NCBI GenBank assembly: GCA_946410665.1
Contig: CAMKBC010000001.1
Coordinates: 13,028 to 77,027 of the forward strand
Source of the DNA: an uncultured Clostridia bacterium
Lineage (GTDB): Bacteria > Bacillota > Clostridia > TANB77 > CAG-508
Direction of reading: 5' to 3'
Length of the DNA stretch: 64,000 nt
Under the pieces are notes generated by a model that had not been told where the DNA came from, did no database searches, and saw nothing but the letters and a program-made list of their open reading frames with translations. Numbering within the stretch: the stretch's first letter is position 1; the number at the start of each line of letters is the position of its first letter. Below, one piece after another: positions 1 through 9,985 of this stretch. Position numbers and translations under genes: made by a program.

Positions 1-644
1 ATTAATTTAATATCTTCAATTTGTTTAACTGCAGATGAAATTGTTTTATTAAGATTTGCTGTTTCAAAATTAACAATTCTATTTACATTATTTCCTACTT
101 CTTTTAAAACTCTTGTTTCTTCGAAGTTTAGCATTGATTTGTTTGCACCTATAAATGCTAAGAAACGTGATATTTCATCTCCACTTGAGATATAAATTAC
201 TGATTTATAATTTCTCTCAACCATACTAAATTCAAAAGAATACTTTTGTAATAGATTTAATACTAATTGAGCATTGCTTGGGTTTGAGAAAATAATTTCT
301 AAATGGTATGAAGTCTTTGGATTTGTAATTGATCCTTTGGCTAAAAATGAACCTCTCATTAATGCTTGAAATTGTTCTTCTGTTTCAATCTCTTCGCTTA
401 CTTCAATTTTTCTTTTTGGTTTGATAGTAAACTTATTTCCTTTTACTACAATTGAGTAGTCATTTTCGCCAACATTATTTAAAAGTTTTCCATAACGATT
501 AATATTATATTGGCTTTCAGTTGTAAATTCGTTTCTCTCAGAAGTAATTAAATAACCAAGTAATTCAGATCTTACAAGGCTTTTATCTTTTAAATTATTA
601 ATTTCACTAAGTTCTTGCTTAACTTGTGATGCAAAAGAATTCAT
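1..644 (-). CDS. whiA: DNA-binding protein WhiA, N-terminal part (gene continues past the left window edge)
   Basis: Absent from the ORF track because it is truncated. My reverse-strand translation from ATG 644-642 gives MNSFASQVKQELSEINNLKDKSLVRSELLGYL...SYHLEIIFSNPSNAQ...NRIVNFETANLNKT, which is typical of WhiA. The start overlaps the prmC stop (TAATG). Confidence 0.8.
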   Translation of the reverse strand, partial: MNSFASQVKQELSEINNLKDKSLVRSELLGYLITSERNEFTTESQYNINRYGKLLNNVGENDYSIVVKGNKFTIKPKRKIEVSEEIETEEQFQALMRGSFLAKGSITNPKTSYHLEIIFSNPSNAQLVLNLLQKYSFEFSMVERNYKSVIYISSGDEISRFLAFIGANKSMLNFEETRVLKEVGNNVNRIVNFETANLNKTISSAVKQIEDIKL

Positions 645-1519
645 TACTCCTCCTTCTTGATAACTGCTACTCTGTCATTTCCTCCATAGTCTTTATAAAT
701 CTTAGCGTTACTAAATATTTTTTTAATATCTTCAGCTTGGTCATAACCAATTTCTAATACTAAATAACCATTAGTTTTTAATCTGTCTAGATTTGCTTTT
801 ATTGTTCTATAAAACATCAATCCATCTTCGCCACCATCCAGTGCTATATGTGGTTCACATTGAACATTTTTATCAAGCGTTTCAATAACATCTGTTCTTA
901 TATATGGTGGATTTGAAACAATGATGTCGTATTGATCATCTATTTCATGGAACATATTTGATTCAATTAGCTTGATATTTACATTGTTATTTATTGCATT
1001 TTCTCTAGCAACTTCTAATGCTTTTAACGAGATATCACTTGCTGTAATATCAACATGAAAATTAATATTATTTGCGAACTTTTTTGCAATTGAAACAGCA
1101 ATAGCTCCACTTCCGGTGCACAAATCTAAAACTCTTATAACTTTTTGATCACTATCCACTACACTATTAAATACATGTATGTCTTTATCATTGTCATTTT
1201 CAAAATCGTAAATATTAATTGTTTCTATCGCTTTCTCTACAACTACTTCTGTGTCAGGTTGTGGAATTAAAACATTCTCATTAACCTTAAAAGTCATACC
1301 CATAAATTCTTGTTTTCCAGTAATATATTGCACTGGATAGCCATCTTTAAGTGCATCAAAGCAATTTAAAATAATATCTGATATGTTTTCGTTTAGTTCG
1401 TCATCTAAACTAATTATAATTTGTTCTTTTGTTTTTCCTAATACTTTTTCTAAAACTAAAAAGACTTCATTTGTTGAAATGTTTTTTGAATATGAATTTA
1501 CTAGTTCTTTAATTGTCAA
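644..1519 (-). CDS. prmC: Release-factor glutamine N5-methyltransferase PrmC/HemK
   Basis: SAM motif LDLCTGSGAIA and catalytic NPPY (VSNPPYI). TTG start sits 7 nt after GGAGG. Confidence 0.9.
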   Translation of the reverse strand: MTIKELVNSYSKNISTNEVFLVLEKVLGKTKEQIIISLDDELNENISDIILNCFDALKDGYPVQYITGKQEFMGMTFKVNENVLIPQPDTEVVVEKAIETINIYDFENDNDKDIHVFNSVVDSDQKVIRVLDLCTGSGAIAVSIAKKFANNINFHVDITASDISLKALEVARENAINNNVNIKLIESNMFHEIDDQYDIIVSNPPYIRTDVIETLDKNVQCEPHIALDGGEDGLMFYRTIKANLDRLKTNGYLVLEIGYDQAEDIKKIFSNAKIYKDYGGNDRVAVIKKEE

Positions 1520-1531
1520 AATGAAGCCTCC

Positions 1532-2401
1532 TTACTTAATTCTATAAAACTTGATTAATCCTTCTCCTGATAAGCTATTAACGTATTTTCCATCATAAAT
1601 TGTTTCGCCTGTAATACTATCCTGCAATGGAATATCTAGATTTATTGTTGTTCTATAAACATGACCTAGATAGTTTTCAATCTCTATTGTAAATGAAATG
1701 TATCCTGCTAAATCATTTAAATTTACATTTGCGTTTCTAAGCAAACTTCCATTGTAATTTATTTTATCGTTAATATTAGAGAAGATTTCATTATCTTTAA
1801 CATTGTTATTAACGTATTCTAAGCAAATTGGAATTGAAGCATCTTCAAACATTGTTGGTTTATCATAATCTATTTCTTCATTTCCTAAGACTGTATATGA
1901 TAGTTCTCCATTTATTTTATCTTTTTCAATAGTTTCGCTATCATTTGTAATGCTTGATAATTTACTCTTTCCAAAATTGTTGATATTTTTATAATATAAA
2001 CTTTGCTTTCCGATTTTCATACCACTAAAGTTGATATTTGAAATCTTTAGAGATTTTATTGCATTTTCTTTATTTAAATCTTCTGAAGATCTGTTGTTTA
2101 TATATAATGCAATATCTGTGAATTGGAATATATTCAAATTCCACTCTGGCTTAGGATCAATATTGGTTGTTGCTCCAGCACTACTAAACATATAAATTCC
2201 GTCAATACTAAAAACAGTAGATTTATTGTAATTAGCAAATTGTTCTATTTGTTTTGCAAATTCATCATTTGTAACCTTAATTCTAATTTTGAAGAATATC
2301 ATTAGAATTAAAACAACAATTAGAACAGCTGTTAATAAATACTTCCATTTAGAAACGAAATTATTTCTACTATTAACATAAACAGTCTTATGTTCAGCCA
2401 T
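1532..2401 (-). CDS. Hypothetical membrane-anchored protein (one N-terminal TM helix, beta-rich extracytoplasmic part)
   Basis: Long ORF. I moved the start to MAEHKTVY (ATG 2401), which is preceded by AGGAGAGAAT. TM segment is WKYLLTAVLIVVLILMIFF. No recognisable motif. Confidence 0.6.
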   Translation of the reverse strand: MAEHKTVYVNSRNNFVSKWKYLLTAVLIVVLILMIFFKIRIKVTNDEFAKQIEQFANYNKSTVFSIDGIYMFSSAGATTNIDPKPEWNLNIFQFTDIALYINNRSSEDLNKENAIKSLKISNINFSGMKIGKQSLYYKNINNFGKSKLSSITNDSETIEKDKINGELSYTVLGNEEIDYDKPTMFEDASIPICLEYVNNNVKDNEIFSNINDKINYNGSLLRNANVNLNDLAGYISFTIEIENYLGHVYRTTINLDIPLQDSITGETIYDGKYVNSLSGEGLIKFYRIK

Positions 2402-2504
2402 ATTCTCTCCTAACACTAGATTTCTTTTGTAAAAAAAATGATAAAAATCGTCTAAAAGCACATATCTCCAATGATTTTATCATATTATAACTACTAATTC
2501 AATG

Positions 2505-2533
2505 TTGCAAAATATTTAATTTAATGATATATA
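2505..2533 (+). promoter_or_regulatory. Sigma-A-like promoter candidate for the plus-strand structured RNA
   Basis: TTGCAA (2505-2510), 17-nt spacer, TATATA (2528-2533). An alternative TATAAT lies at 2530-2535. Confidence 0.35.
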
Positions 2534-2540
2534 ATTAATA

Positions 2541-2738
2541 ACAAATTAATTCCTGCCCTGTGCGTGAATGTCATTTTTTAGAACCTACAATTAGATTAAA
2601 GGGATTCTGTCTTTGATTATGGCGTGCATGCTAGCATTTATGTTAGAAGCCCAGTAGTAATCAACAAGTAACCCACCTGTGAGAGCAGGCTCTATAAAAC
2701 TTGATAGTACGGCTACGGCGGGGTTTTTTATTTAAAAT
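2541..2738 (+). ncRNA. Candidate 6S-like RNA (rod-shaped structured RNA of about 195 nt); ends are approximate
   Basis: GC-rich island in a 290-nt AT-rich gap. Nested long-range helices: 2552-2557/2717-2723, 2579-2586/2687-2694 and 2613-2619/2658-2664. A large internal loop (26 nt / 22 nt) lies between the last two helices. A G-U pair favours the plus strand. A T-run and a hairpin terminator follow. Confidence 0.45.
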
Positions 2739-2741
2739 AAT

Positions 2742-2765
2742 AAGGAGAGGTTTATTCCTCTCCTT
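2742..2765. terminator. Bidirectional intrinsic terminator hairpin (truB on minus, candidate RNA on plus)
   Basis: AAGGAGAGG-TTTATT-CCTCTCCTT, a 9-bp stem with T-runs on both sides. It overlaps the truB stop codon. Confidence 0.5.
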
Positions 2766-3624
2766 TTTCATTTTCTTTTAAAATAAATCTTTGAATCTTA
2801 TTATTCTTTTCTATTTTCGCTACACCCACAAATTCTTTATTATGATATAGCTTCACAAAACAACTCAAATTGCTTTCTACTGTATTGTCTTTATTGCCAA
2901 AATCTACCATAATTCCATTTGATAGTTTTCTATATTCATTATCATCTAATTCTCTTGAAGAATTTTTTGATAATAGTTCTTCTAACGAAATTACTTTTCC
3001 TTCATCTTCGATATTAAACTCTCCAACTCTAGTTCTTGTTAGTTCTATCATATAACCAATTGTTCCTAACTTTTTAGCTATATCTTCGCATAGAGTTCTA
3101 ATATATGTTCCTTTTGAGCAAGTAACTTTAAATTTAATTTCTTTTTCTTGTTTACCAATATTTAGCAATTCTATATTTGATATATAAATTTTTCTTGGCT
3201 TTCTGTCTACCGTTTGACCCGCTCTAGCAAGTTCATATAATTTCTTTCCATTAATTTTAATAGCAGAATACATTGGCGGAATTTGTTCTGATTCACCTAA
3301 AAATGAATTTAAAACTTCTTCTACTTTTGTTTCTTCTAAAAGTTTTTCATCAACTTCTTGTTCTTCTATTATCTCGCCTTCTTGGTCTCCAGTATTAGTT
3401 GTTTTTCCAAGTTTAATAATTGCAACATAATCTTTATCGTGATCCATTAAGTAATCAGAAAGTTTTGTGCAACTACCTATTAAAATTGGAAGTACGCCTG
3501 ATGCCATTGGATCAAGCGTACCTATATGTCCAACTTTTTTTGTATGAAATTCTCTTCTTGTTTGAGCCACCATATCGAAAGATGTCTTTCCAAGTGGCTT
3601 ATTAACAACTAAAATTCCGTCCAT
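2752..3624 (-). CDS. truB: tRNA pseudouridine(55) synthase TruB
   Basis: N-terminal GILVVNKPLGKTSFD and the catalytic-Asp motif HIGTLDPMASGVLPI. Confidence 0.95.
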   Translation of the reverse strand: MDGILVVNKPLGKTSFDMVAQTRREFHTKKVGHIGTLDPMASGVLPILIGSCTKLSDYLMDHDKDYVAIIKLGKTTNTGDQEGEIIEEQEVDEKLLEETKVEEVLNSFLGESEQIPPMYSAIKINGKKLYELARAGQTVDRKPRKIYISNIELLNIGKQEKEIKFKVTCSKGTYIRTLCEDIAKKLGTIGYMIELTRTRVGEFNIEDEGKVISLEELLSKNSSRELDDNEYRKLSNGIMVDFGNKDNTVESNLSCFVKLYHNKEFVGVAKIEKNNKIQRFILKENEKGEE

Positions 3625-3634
3625 CTAAAAGTCC

Positions 3635-4588
3635 TTATTTTAAATATTTTTTAATCTCTTCAACTAATTGTTCTTTAATTTGTTTTGGTGTTCCTTCTGT
3701 GAATGTTACTCCAGCAGCTCTAACGTGTCCGCCACCACCAAATTTTCCACAAATCTCACTAACATTTACATAGCTGTTTGATCTTAATGAAGCTTTATAT
3801 CCTTTTTCAGTTTGATGTAAGAATATTGATACTTCTACTCCTTCAAGATTTCTTCCTTCATTAACAATTCCTTCGTAGTCTCCAATTTCAGCATTAACCT
3901 TTTCTTCATCTTTTTTATCAATATAAGTAAATGTTATTTTGCCATCTTCAAAGAATTCTAATCTATCATATGCTATTCTTTTTAACTTAAAACTTGTAAT
4001 TGTGTGTGTAGCAAGAGTATCTTTATAAATTTGTGGGATATCAACTCCTAATTCTCTCATCTCTGCTGCAATTTCAAATGTTTCTTTAGATACTTGTTGA
4101 TATTGGAACCCACCAGTATCAGTGATAATACCAGTCATTAAATCTGCACCGATTTCTTCTGTTATTTCCCAGTTGTAAGCTTTAAAAATACCATATAGTA
4201 CTTGTGCTGCAGCTGGTGAAAAAGGATCAACAAAATTTATATCTCCCATCATATTATTTGAACTATGATGATCTATACAAATTGTTTTCTTAGCGTTTTC
4301 AAAATATTTTACACAATCACCTAGTTGACTTAAAGAAGCAAGATCAACTGCAATTGCTAACTCATATTCATCTTTTCCTTCTTTTAAAACATCTTTAATT
4401 CCTGGAACATTATTGAAACATCTTGAATATTCAGGAATAATTACGTCTGCACTTTTTCCATGCATTTTTAATGCATTAGCTAATGCTAGGGCTGTTCCAA
4501 TTGCATCTCCGTCTGGATGTTCATGAGTTAAGATTACAATTGATTCAGCAATATTTATTTCTTCATAAATATCATCTAAAGTACTCAT
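3635..4588 (-). CDS. nrnA: DHH/DHHA1 phosphoesterase, NrnA-type oligoribonuclease / pAp phosphatase
   Basis: Motifs HEHPDGDAIG, IDHHSSN and GGGGHVRAAG. Confidence 0.85.
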   Translation of the reverse strand: MSTLDDIYEEINIAESIVILTHEHPDGDAIGTALALANALKMHGKSADVIIPEYSRCFNNVPGIKDVLKEGKDEYELAIAVDLASLSQLGDCVKYFENAKKTICIDHHSSNNMMGDINFVDPFSPAAAQVLYGIFKAYNWEITEEIGADLMTGIITDTGGFQYQQVSKETFEIAAEMRELGVDIPQIYKDTLATHTITSFKLKRIAYDRLEFFEDGKITFTYIDKKDEEKVNAEIGDYEGIVNEGRNLEGVEVSIFLHQTEKGYKASLRSNSYVNVSEICGKFGGGGHVRAAGVTFTEGTPKQIKEQLVEEIKKYLK

Positions 4589-4645
4589 ATATTATTCTCC
4601 ATCTTCTATATTTTCTTATGTTTAATTTAGTTCATTAATTGCTAA

Positions 4646-5086
4646 TTATTCTTCATCTTCGTTTTCAGATTCTTCATTTTCATCTTGCATCATATTAGGA
4701 TGAGTTTTTCTAAATTCTTCATCATCTTTTTTAATCTTGTCGATGATTCTATCTATTTTCTCACCTTGTTCTGCTGAATCATCAATTTTAAAAACAAGTT
4801 CAGGTGTAATTCTCATATTGATTTCACTTGCAACTCTGCTTCTAAGGAAAGGCTCGCTTTCATTCAAGCCTTCCACTGTTTCAGCATTATTTTTACAATT
4901 AAATAAACTAATATAAATTCTAGAATATCTTAAATCTGGTGTAGTGTTAACTCTTGTAACAGTTACCATTCCAGTAACTTTTTTATTTGTTAATTCATAA
5001 TTGATAGCTTGGCTAACAACTTTTTTAATTTGTTCGTTAACTCTACCCATTCTATTTGACTTAGACTGTTGTTGTCTTCTAGCCAT
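4646..5086 (-). CDS. rbfA: Ribosome-binding factor A with an acidic C-terminal tail
   Basis: RMGRVNEQIKKVVSQAI...VTVTRVNTTPDLRYSRIYIS is typical of RbfA. It sits directly after infB. Confidence 0.9.
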   Translation of the reverse strand: MARRQQQSKSNRMGRVNEQIKKVVSQAINYELTNKKVTGMVTVTRVNTTPDLRYSRIYISLFNCKNNAETVEGLNESEPFLRSRVASEINMRITPELVFKIDDSAEQGEKIDRIIDKIKKDDEEFRKTHPNMMQDENEESENEDEE

Positions 5087-5100
5087 TGTTTGTTTCCTTT

Positions 5101-8043
5101 CTATCTTTGAACTTCTTGCTTAATATAAGCTTCAATTGTATCGCCTAAGATAATATCGTTGAAGTTCTCAATTTGAATACCACATTCAAATCCTGCAGAA
5201 ACTTCTTTAGCGTCATCTTTAAATCTCTTTAATGAAACAAGTTTTCCTTCATGGATAACAACACCTTCTCTAATTACTCTAACTCCTGCATTTCTTGCTA
5301 CTTTACCATCTGTTACATAGCATCCTGCAATTGTTCCAACATTAGAAACTTTGAATACTTGTCTAACTTCAGCATTACCAATTGTAATTTCTTGATAAAC
5401 TGGTGCAAGCATTCCCTTCATAGCATTTTGAACATCTTCTAATGCTTGGTAAATGATTGAGTATTGTTTAATTTCAACGCCTTCTTTTTCTGCTAATTGT
5501 TTTGTAGCTCCAACAGGTCTTACGTTGAATGCAATAATGATAGCATTTGCAGCTTTTGCAAGTTCAACGTCTGATTCTGTAACAGCTCCAGCGCTTGAGT
5601 GTAATACTTTAACTAAAACTTCTTCGTTTGATAATTTTTCAAGTGATGACTTGAATGCTTCTGCAGTTCCTTGAACGTCAGTCTTAACGATAATGTTAAA
5701 TTGTTTTAAGTCATCATTCTTCATCTTATCGAATAGGTTATCAATTGTAACCATATTATCGTTGCTAATCTTCTTTTCTCTATGTTCAATCTTTCTTTGT
5801 TCGATTAAGTGTTTAGCAACTTTTTCATTTTTAACTTCGTAAAGAATATCTCCTGCAGCAGGAACGTCTTTTAAACCTGTGATTTCAACTGGTGTAGAAG
5901 GTCCAGCTTCTTTAATATTCTTACCTTTATCATTTTTCATTATTCTGATCTTACCAATAGCTTCACCAACGATGATTGTATCACCTGCGTTAAGTGTTCC
6001 TCTTTGTACTAAGATTGATGCGATAGGGCCTTGTGCCTTATCAAGTCTAGCTTCAATAACAACACCTTTTGCTTGTCTATTTGGATTAGCTCTTAAGTTA
6101 GCCATATCAGAAACAAGTAATACCATTTCTAATAAGTTATCAATGTTGATGTTTTTCTTTGCAGAGATTGGAACATAGATTGTTGATCCACCCCATTCTT
6201 CTGGAACTAATTCATATTTCATTAATTCTTGTTTTACTTTATCAACATTTGCACCTGGTAAGTCGATCTTGTTTACTGCAACAATAATTGGAATGTTAGC
6301 AGCTTTAGCATGGTTGATAGCTTCAACTGTTTGAGGCATAACACCATCATCAGCAGCAACAACTAATATTGCAACGTCAGTAATTTGAGCACCTCTAGCA
6401 CGCATACTTGTGAATGCTTCGTGTCCTGGTGTATCTAAGAATGTAATTTCTCTATCATTAATTTTAACTTTGTAAGCACCTATATGTTGAGTAATACCTC
6501 CGGCTTCGCCTTCGATAACATTTGTTTTTCTAATAGCATCAAGTAAAGAAGTTTTACCATGGTCAACGTGACCCATAACTACAACAACTGGTGGTCTAGC
6601 TACTAAATCTTCTTCCTTATCTTCACTATCATCAAATAAGATATCTTCGTCTTTTACTTCAACTTTCTTGTTTGCTTTAACTCCGAAACTATCAGCTACT
6701 AAATATGCTGTATCAAAATCTAACTCTTGGTTAATTGTAGCCATGATTCCTAAATCAAATAATTTCTTTACAACTTCTGCTGATGTTTTCTTTAACTCTG
6801 TTGCTAAATTCTTAACAGAAATAATTTCACCAATATCAATTTCTTTAAGTTCGAATATTTTTTGTTTAGAAACAGTTTCTTCTTTCTTAACTTTTCTTCT
6901 CTTACCATGTCTTGAAGATAAATCATAGTAATCAAGCATTCCGCCGTCTTCTGATTCATACATGTTAGATAATTTGTCAGTAGATTTAAGGTCTCTTAGT
7001 TTGTATTCATCAAACTCGTCTCCGCCTTCCATTCTTCTTGATTTTCTAACATTCTTTTTCTTTTCTTCAAATACTCTATTAGCTTTTTGCTTATCAATCA
7101 TTCTGTTAGAATAATTTCTGCTTCCAGCTTGATCTTCAAATGTTTCAGGAGCGCTTACTTCTTCTTTTCTAGGCATTGGTTTTCTGAAATTATCAGAACC
7201 TTGATTTGTATTTCTTGGTTTAAATTCACCTTGTTGTCTATTATTTCTGAAGTTTCCTTCTCCTTGATTTCTAGTGAATCCAGGTCTAAAGTTATTGTTT
7301 CTATCTTGTCTGAAACCTTCGCCTCTATTATTTTTGAATTCGTTATTTCCTGCATTTGGTCTATTAAAGTTAGCATTACTATTTAAAGCTCTATCAGCTC
7401 TTTCAGTTCTTCCTGATAATTTAGAACTTCTCTTTTCAGCTGGTCTTGGAGCAGATTCCTTTGCAGGTGTTTCTGTTCTAATAACTGGCTTTTCTGCTTT
7501 GGCTGCTTCTTCAGCTGCTTTGGCTTCCTTAGCCTTTGCTTCTTCAGCTGCCTTTGCCTCTGCTGCTTTCTTTGCTTTTTCAGCTGCTTCCTTCTTAGCT
7601 TTTTCTTCAGCTTCTTTCTTTGGATCTTTTAATCCAAATAATTCTGCAACAGACATAGGTTTTTGTTGTTTTTCTCTATAAACAATATTATAGTTTTGAT
7701 TTGTACGTTGTTTAGTAAAACCAATATCATTTCTATTTACAGTTGGTGCTTTCTTAACTGGTTTTTGATCTTCTTCAACGATAACTTCTCTTCTAATAAT
7801 TACATTACCTGTTGTCTTCTTTGTTGCTTTTTCATTATTTTCTTCTTTACTCTTATTTTCACTTTTAGGTGCTTCTTTTTTGCCTGATTTTTTTACACTA
7901 GCTCTAATTTTCTTAGCATCTTCATCTTCAACTGAACTCAAGTGGCTCTTTACATCTAAACCTAGGTCTTTTGCAATTGCTACAAGGTCTTTGTTGTTCA
8001 TATCTAATTCTTTTGCTAGTTCAAATATTTTAATTTTCCCCAA
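5101..8043 (-). CDS. infB: Translation initiation factor IF-2
   Basis: G-domain motifs [20 protein letters not shown] and NKID. Long A/E/K/N-rich N-terminal region. TTG start sits 8 nt after GGAGG. Confidence 0.97.
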   Translation of the reverse strand: MGKIKIFELAKELDMNNKDLVAIAKDLGLDVKSHLSSVEDEDAKKIRASVKKSGKKEAPKSENKSKEENNEKATKKTTGNVIIRREVIVEEDQKPVKKAPTVNRNDIGFTKQRTNQNYNIVYREKQQKPMSVAELFGLKDPKKEAEEKAKKEAAEKAKKAAEAKAAEEAKAKEAKAAEEAAKAEKPVIRTETPAKESAPRPAEKRSSKLSGRTERADRALNSNANFNRPNAGNNEFKNNRGEGFRQDRNNNFRPGFTRNQGEGNFRNNRQQGEFKPRNTNQGSDNFRKPMPRKEEVSAPETFEDQAGSRNYSNRMIDKQKANRVFEEKKKNVRKSRRMEGGDEFDEYKLRDLKSTDKLSNMYESEDGGMLDYYDLSSRHGKRRKVKKEETVSKQKIFELKEIDIGEIISVKNLATELKKTSAEVVKKLFDLGIMATINQELDFDTAYLVADSFGVKANKKVEVKDEDILFDDSEDKEEDLVARPPVVVVMGHVDHGKTSLLDAIRKTNVIEGEAGGITQHIGAYKVKINDREITFLDTPGHEAFTSMRARGAQITDVAILVVAADDGVMPQTVEAINHAKAANIPIIVAVNKIDLPGANVDKVKQELMKYELVPEEWGGSTIYVPISAKKNINIDNLLEMVLLVSDMANLRANPNRQAKGVVIEARLDKAQGPIASILVQRGTLNAGDTIIVGEAIGKIRIMKNDKGKNIKEAGPSTPVEITGLKDVPAAGDILYEVKNEKVAKHLIEQRKIEHREKKISNDNMVTIDNLFDKMKNDDLKQFNIIVKTDVQGTAEAFKSSLEKLSNEEVLVKVLHSSAGAVTESDVELAKAANAIIIAFNVRPVGATKQLAEKEGVEIKQYSIIYQALEDVQNAMKGMLAPVYQEITIGNAEVRQVFKVSNVGTIAGCYVTDGKVARNAGVRVIREGVVIHEGKLVSLKRFKDDAKEVSAGFECGIQIENFNDIILGDTIEAYIKQEVQR

Positions 8044-8068
8044 TATTTATACCTCCTAAGTTTAAACC

Positions 8069-9337
8069 TTATTCTTCCCCTTCTTCAGATTTTTTTGTTT
8101 TTCTTTTTCTTGTTTTCTTTTCAGTTACTTCTTCAGCAACTTCTTCAACAACTTCCTCAACTGGAGCTTCAACTTCTTCAGCAACAACTTCTGCTACTTC
8201 TTCAGTTTCTTCTACTGATTCTTCAGCAGTTTCTCCATTTTGAGCATTTTGTAACATTTCTCTAAATTGAGATTCTGATTTAATATCAATTTTCCAATTT
8301 GTTAATTTATGTGCTAATCTAGCATTTTGTCCTGATTTACCAATTGCTAATGATAATTGATCATCTGGAACAATAACTTGTGCAAAGTTTTCTTCAGCGT
8401 TGCAATCAACAGCTAATACTTGTGCTGGTAATAATGCTGCAGAGATGAATGTTTCTGGTTGTTCATTCCATTCAATAACGTCAATCTTTTCACCATTTAA
8501 TTCGTTGATGATGTTTTGAATTCTTATACCTTTTTGTCCAACGCATGATCCAACTGGGTCAATATTAGGATTTGGTGAATAAACTGCAATTTTACTTCTT
8601 AATCCTGGATCTCTTGAAATACTCTTGATTTCGATAACTCCTTCATAAATTTCAGGAATTTCAATTTCAAATAATTTTCTTACAAATTCAGGGCTTGTTC
8701 TTGATAAAACAATCTTTGTACTTCCTTTGATTCCTTTTTCAACCTTTACGATAACAGCTTTAATCTTGTCGTTAACGTGATATTCTTCAGTTGAAACTTC
8801 TTGAATCTTAGGCATAATACCTTCAACTTTTCCTAAGTCCATGATAACTGCAGATGAAGTAACTTTTTGTACTAAACCAGTTACGATTTCACCTTCTCTA
8901 GCTGAGAATTCGTTGAATACTAATTCTCTTGAAGCTTCTCTAATTTTTTGTTTGATAACTTGTCCAGCTGTTTGTGCTGCAATTCTTCCGAAATTCTTTG
9001 GGAATAATTCGATTCTAATTACATCTCCAGCTTTGTATTCTTTATTAAGAACATGTGCTTCTTTTAATGAAATCTCTTTTGATTCATCTTCTGGAGTTCT
9101 AACAACTGTCTTTTCTTGATAAATATGCATGCTACCATCTTTTTTATCAAATTCGATTACTACGTTTGTTTCATCACTTCCGAAATCTTTCTTGTATGCT
9201 GAAACTAATGCATTTTGGATAGATTCTAGAAGCATTCTCTTATCTAGTCCTTCTGATGCTTCTAATTCATCTAATGCTGCTAACATTTCAGTTGTATCAA
9301 TTCCTTTGTATTCTGCCTTCTTTACTCTTTTTTTCAT
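8069..9337 (-). CDS. nusA: Transcription termination/antitermination factor NusA with an acidic tail
   Basis: S1 and KH regions (GEIVTGLVQKV..., CVGQKGIRIQNI, AIGKSGQNARLA). I prefer ATG 9337 (MKKRVKK), just after the rimP stop and downstream of GGGAGG. The track start at 9361 lacks an RBS. Confidence 0.93.
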   Translation of the reverse strand: MKKRVKKAEYKGIDTTEMLAALDELEASEGLDKRMLLESIQNALVSAYKKDFGSDETNVVIEFDKKDGSMHIYQEKTVVRTPEDESKEISLKEAHVLNKEYKAGDVIRIELFPKNFGRIAAQTAGQVIKQKIREASRELVFNEFSAREGEIVTGLVQKVTSSAVIMDLGKVEGIMPKIQEVSTEEYHVNDKIKAVIVKVEKGIKGSTKIVLSRTSPEFVRKLFEIEIPEIYEGVIEIKSISRDPGLRSKIAVYSPNPNIDPVGSCVGQKGIRIQNIINELNGEKIDVIEWNEQPETFISAALLPAQVLAVDCNAEENFAQVIVPDDQLSLAIGKSGQNARLAHKLTNWKIDIKSESQFREMLQNAQNGETAEESVEETEEVAEVVAEEVEAPVEEVVEEVAEEVTEKKTRKRKTKKSEEGEE

Positions 9338-9344
9338 TTTTTTA

Positions 9345-9806
9345 TTAATCCTCCCACTCATAAACTGTTTTCATAGTTGAGATATTATTTCTGTCAATTT
9401 CTATATTTTCATTGTTTATGTCTAATATAATGTTGCTTTCTGAAAAGCTTATTAAATTTCCTATTAAGACTTTATCCTCATTTACTTTCTTATAAGTATG
9501 TACCTCAATCTTAGAATTGATTGCTCTCTCAAGCTGAGCATCATCTCTGATTCTTCTTTCAAGTCCAGGTGAAGATACTTCAAGTAAATATGAACCTTTT
9601 ATAAAATCATTTTCATCAAGAATTGGATCGATTGTTTGGCTAACCAATGCACAATCATCACTACTAATTACTTCATCTTTTTCAATAAATACTCTTAAAT
9701 AGTAGTCTTGGGCCTCTTTTTCATAAATAATGTCATAGACCTTGAATCCTAAGTCATTGATGACTGGTTCAAGAACTTCTTTAATTTTTGTTTCTAAACT
9801 AGTCAA
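9345..9806 (-). CDS. rimP: Ribosome maturation factor RimP
   Basis: YLRVFIEK...LEVSSPGLERRI is typical of RimP. The likely start is TTG 9806, 5 nt after AAGGAG. The track ATG at 9821 has no RBS. Confidence 0.88.
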   Translation of the reverse strand: MTSLETKIKEVLEPVINDLGFKVYDIIYEKEAQDYYLRVFIEKDEVISSDDCALVSQTIDPILDENDFIKGSYLLEVSSPGLERRIRDDAQLERAINSKIEVHTYKKVNEDKVLIGNLISFSESNIILDINNENIEIDRNNISTMKTVYEWED

Positions 9807-9847
9807 TTTAACTCCTTCCATCTTTTACCAATTTTAAAGCAACAATT

Positions 9848-9871
9848 AAGAGAGGAATTTCTTCCTCTCTT
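9848..9871 (-). promoter_or_regulatory. 5' UTR hairpin upstream of rimP (rimP-leader-like element)
   Basis: Perfect 10-bp stem AAGAGAGGAA/TTCCTCTCTT with a 4-nt loop, located between a promoter-like site and the rimP RBS. Confidence 0.4.
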
Positions 9872-9895
9872 GCGCTCTTTTTTATGTACATACTC

Positions 9896-9925
9896 ATTAT
9901 ACTCCTAAAAATGGCCATAAGTCAA
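9896..9925 (-). promoter_or_regulatory. Sigma-A-like promoter candidate (P2) for rimP-nusA-infB
   Basis: On the minus strand: TTGACT (9925-9920), 18-nt spacer, TATAAT (9901-9896). Confidence 0.45.
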
Positions 9926-9945
9926 GTAAATTCAGTATTTTCTTA

Positions 9946-9985
9946 TAAAAAAACAGAGCCTAGATATATTATAATCTAGGCTCTG
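9946..9985 (-). terminator. Strong intrinsic terminator or attenuator upstream of rimP
   Basis: 10-bp stem CAGAGCCTAG/CTAGGCTCTG with a 12-nt AT loop, followed on the minus strand by TTTTTTTA. Confidence 0.7.

Noticed and set aside
2541-2738. Alternative identities for the structured RNA: SRP RNA, RNase P RNA, tmRNA, T-box or riboswitch
   Set aside because: There is no GGAA/AGCA domain-IV motif, no GAGGAAAGTCC-type RNase P motif, no tag ORF or tRNA-like end, and no T-box sequence. Its orientation and position do not precede a gene on the plus strand.
7380-7640. Repetitive GCTGCTTC/GCTTTTGC-type DNA in infB
   Set aside because: It is an in-frame low-complexity region encoding the [12 protein letters not shown] segment common in IF-2 N-termini. 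It is not an independent repeat element.
7274-7681. 135-aa plus-strand ORF (and neighbours 7087-7386 and 7663-7887) antisense to infB
   Set aside because: These lie opposite the low-complexity A/E/K-rich part of IF-2. The translations are low-complexity (L/S/F/A runs), there is no RBS, and they are fully contained in a confidently identified gene.
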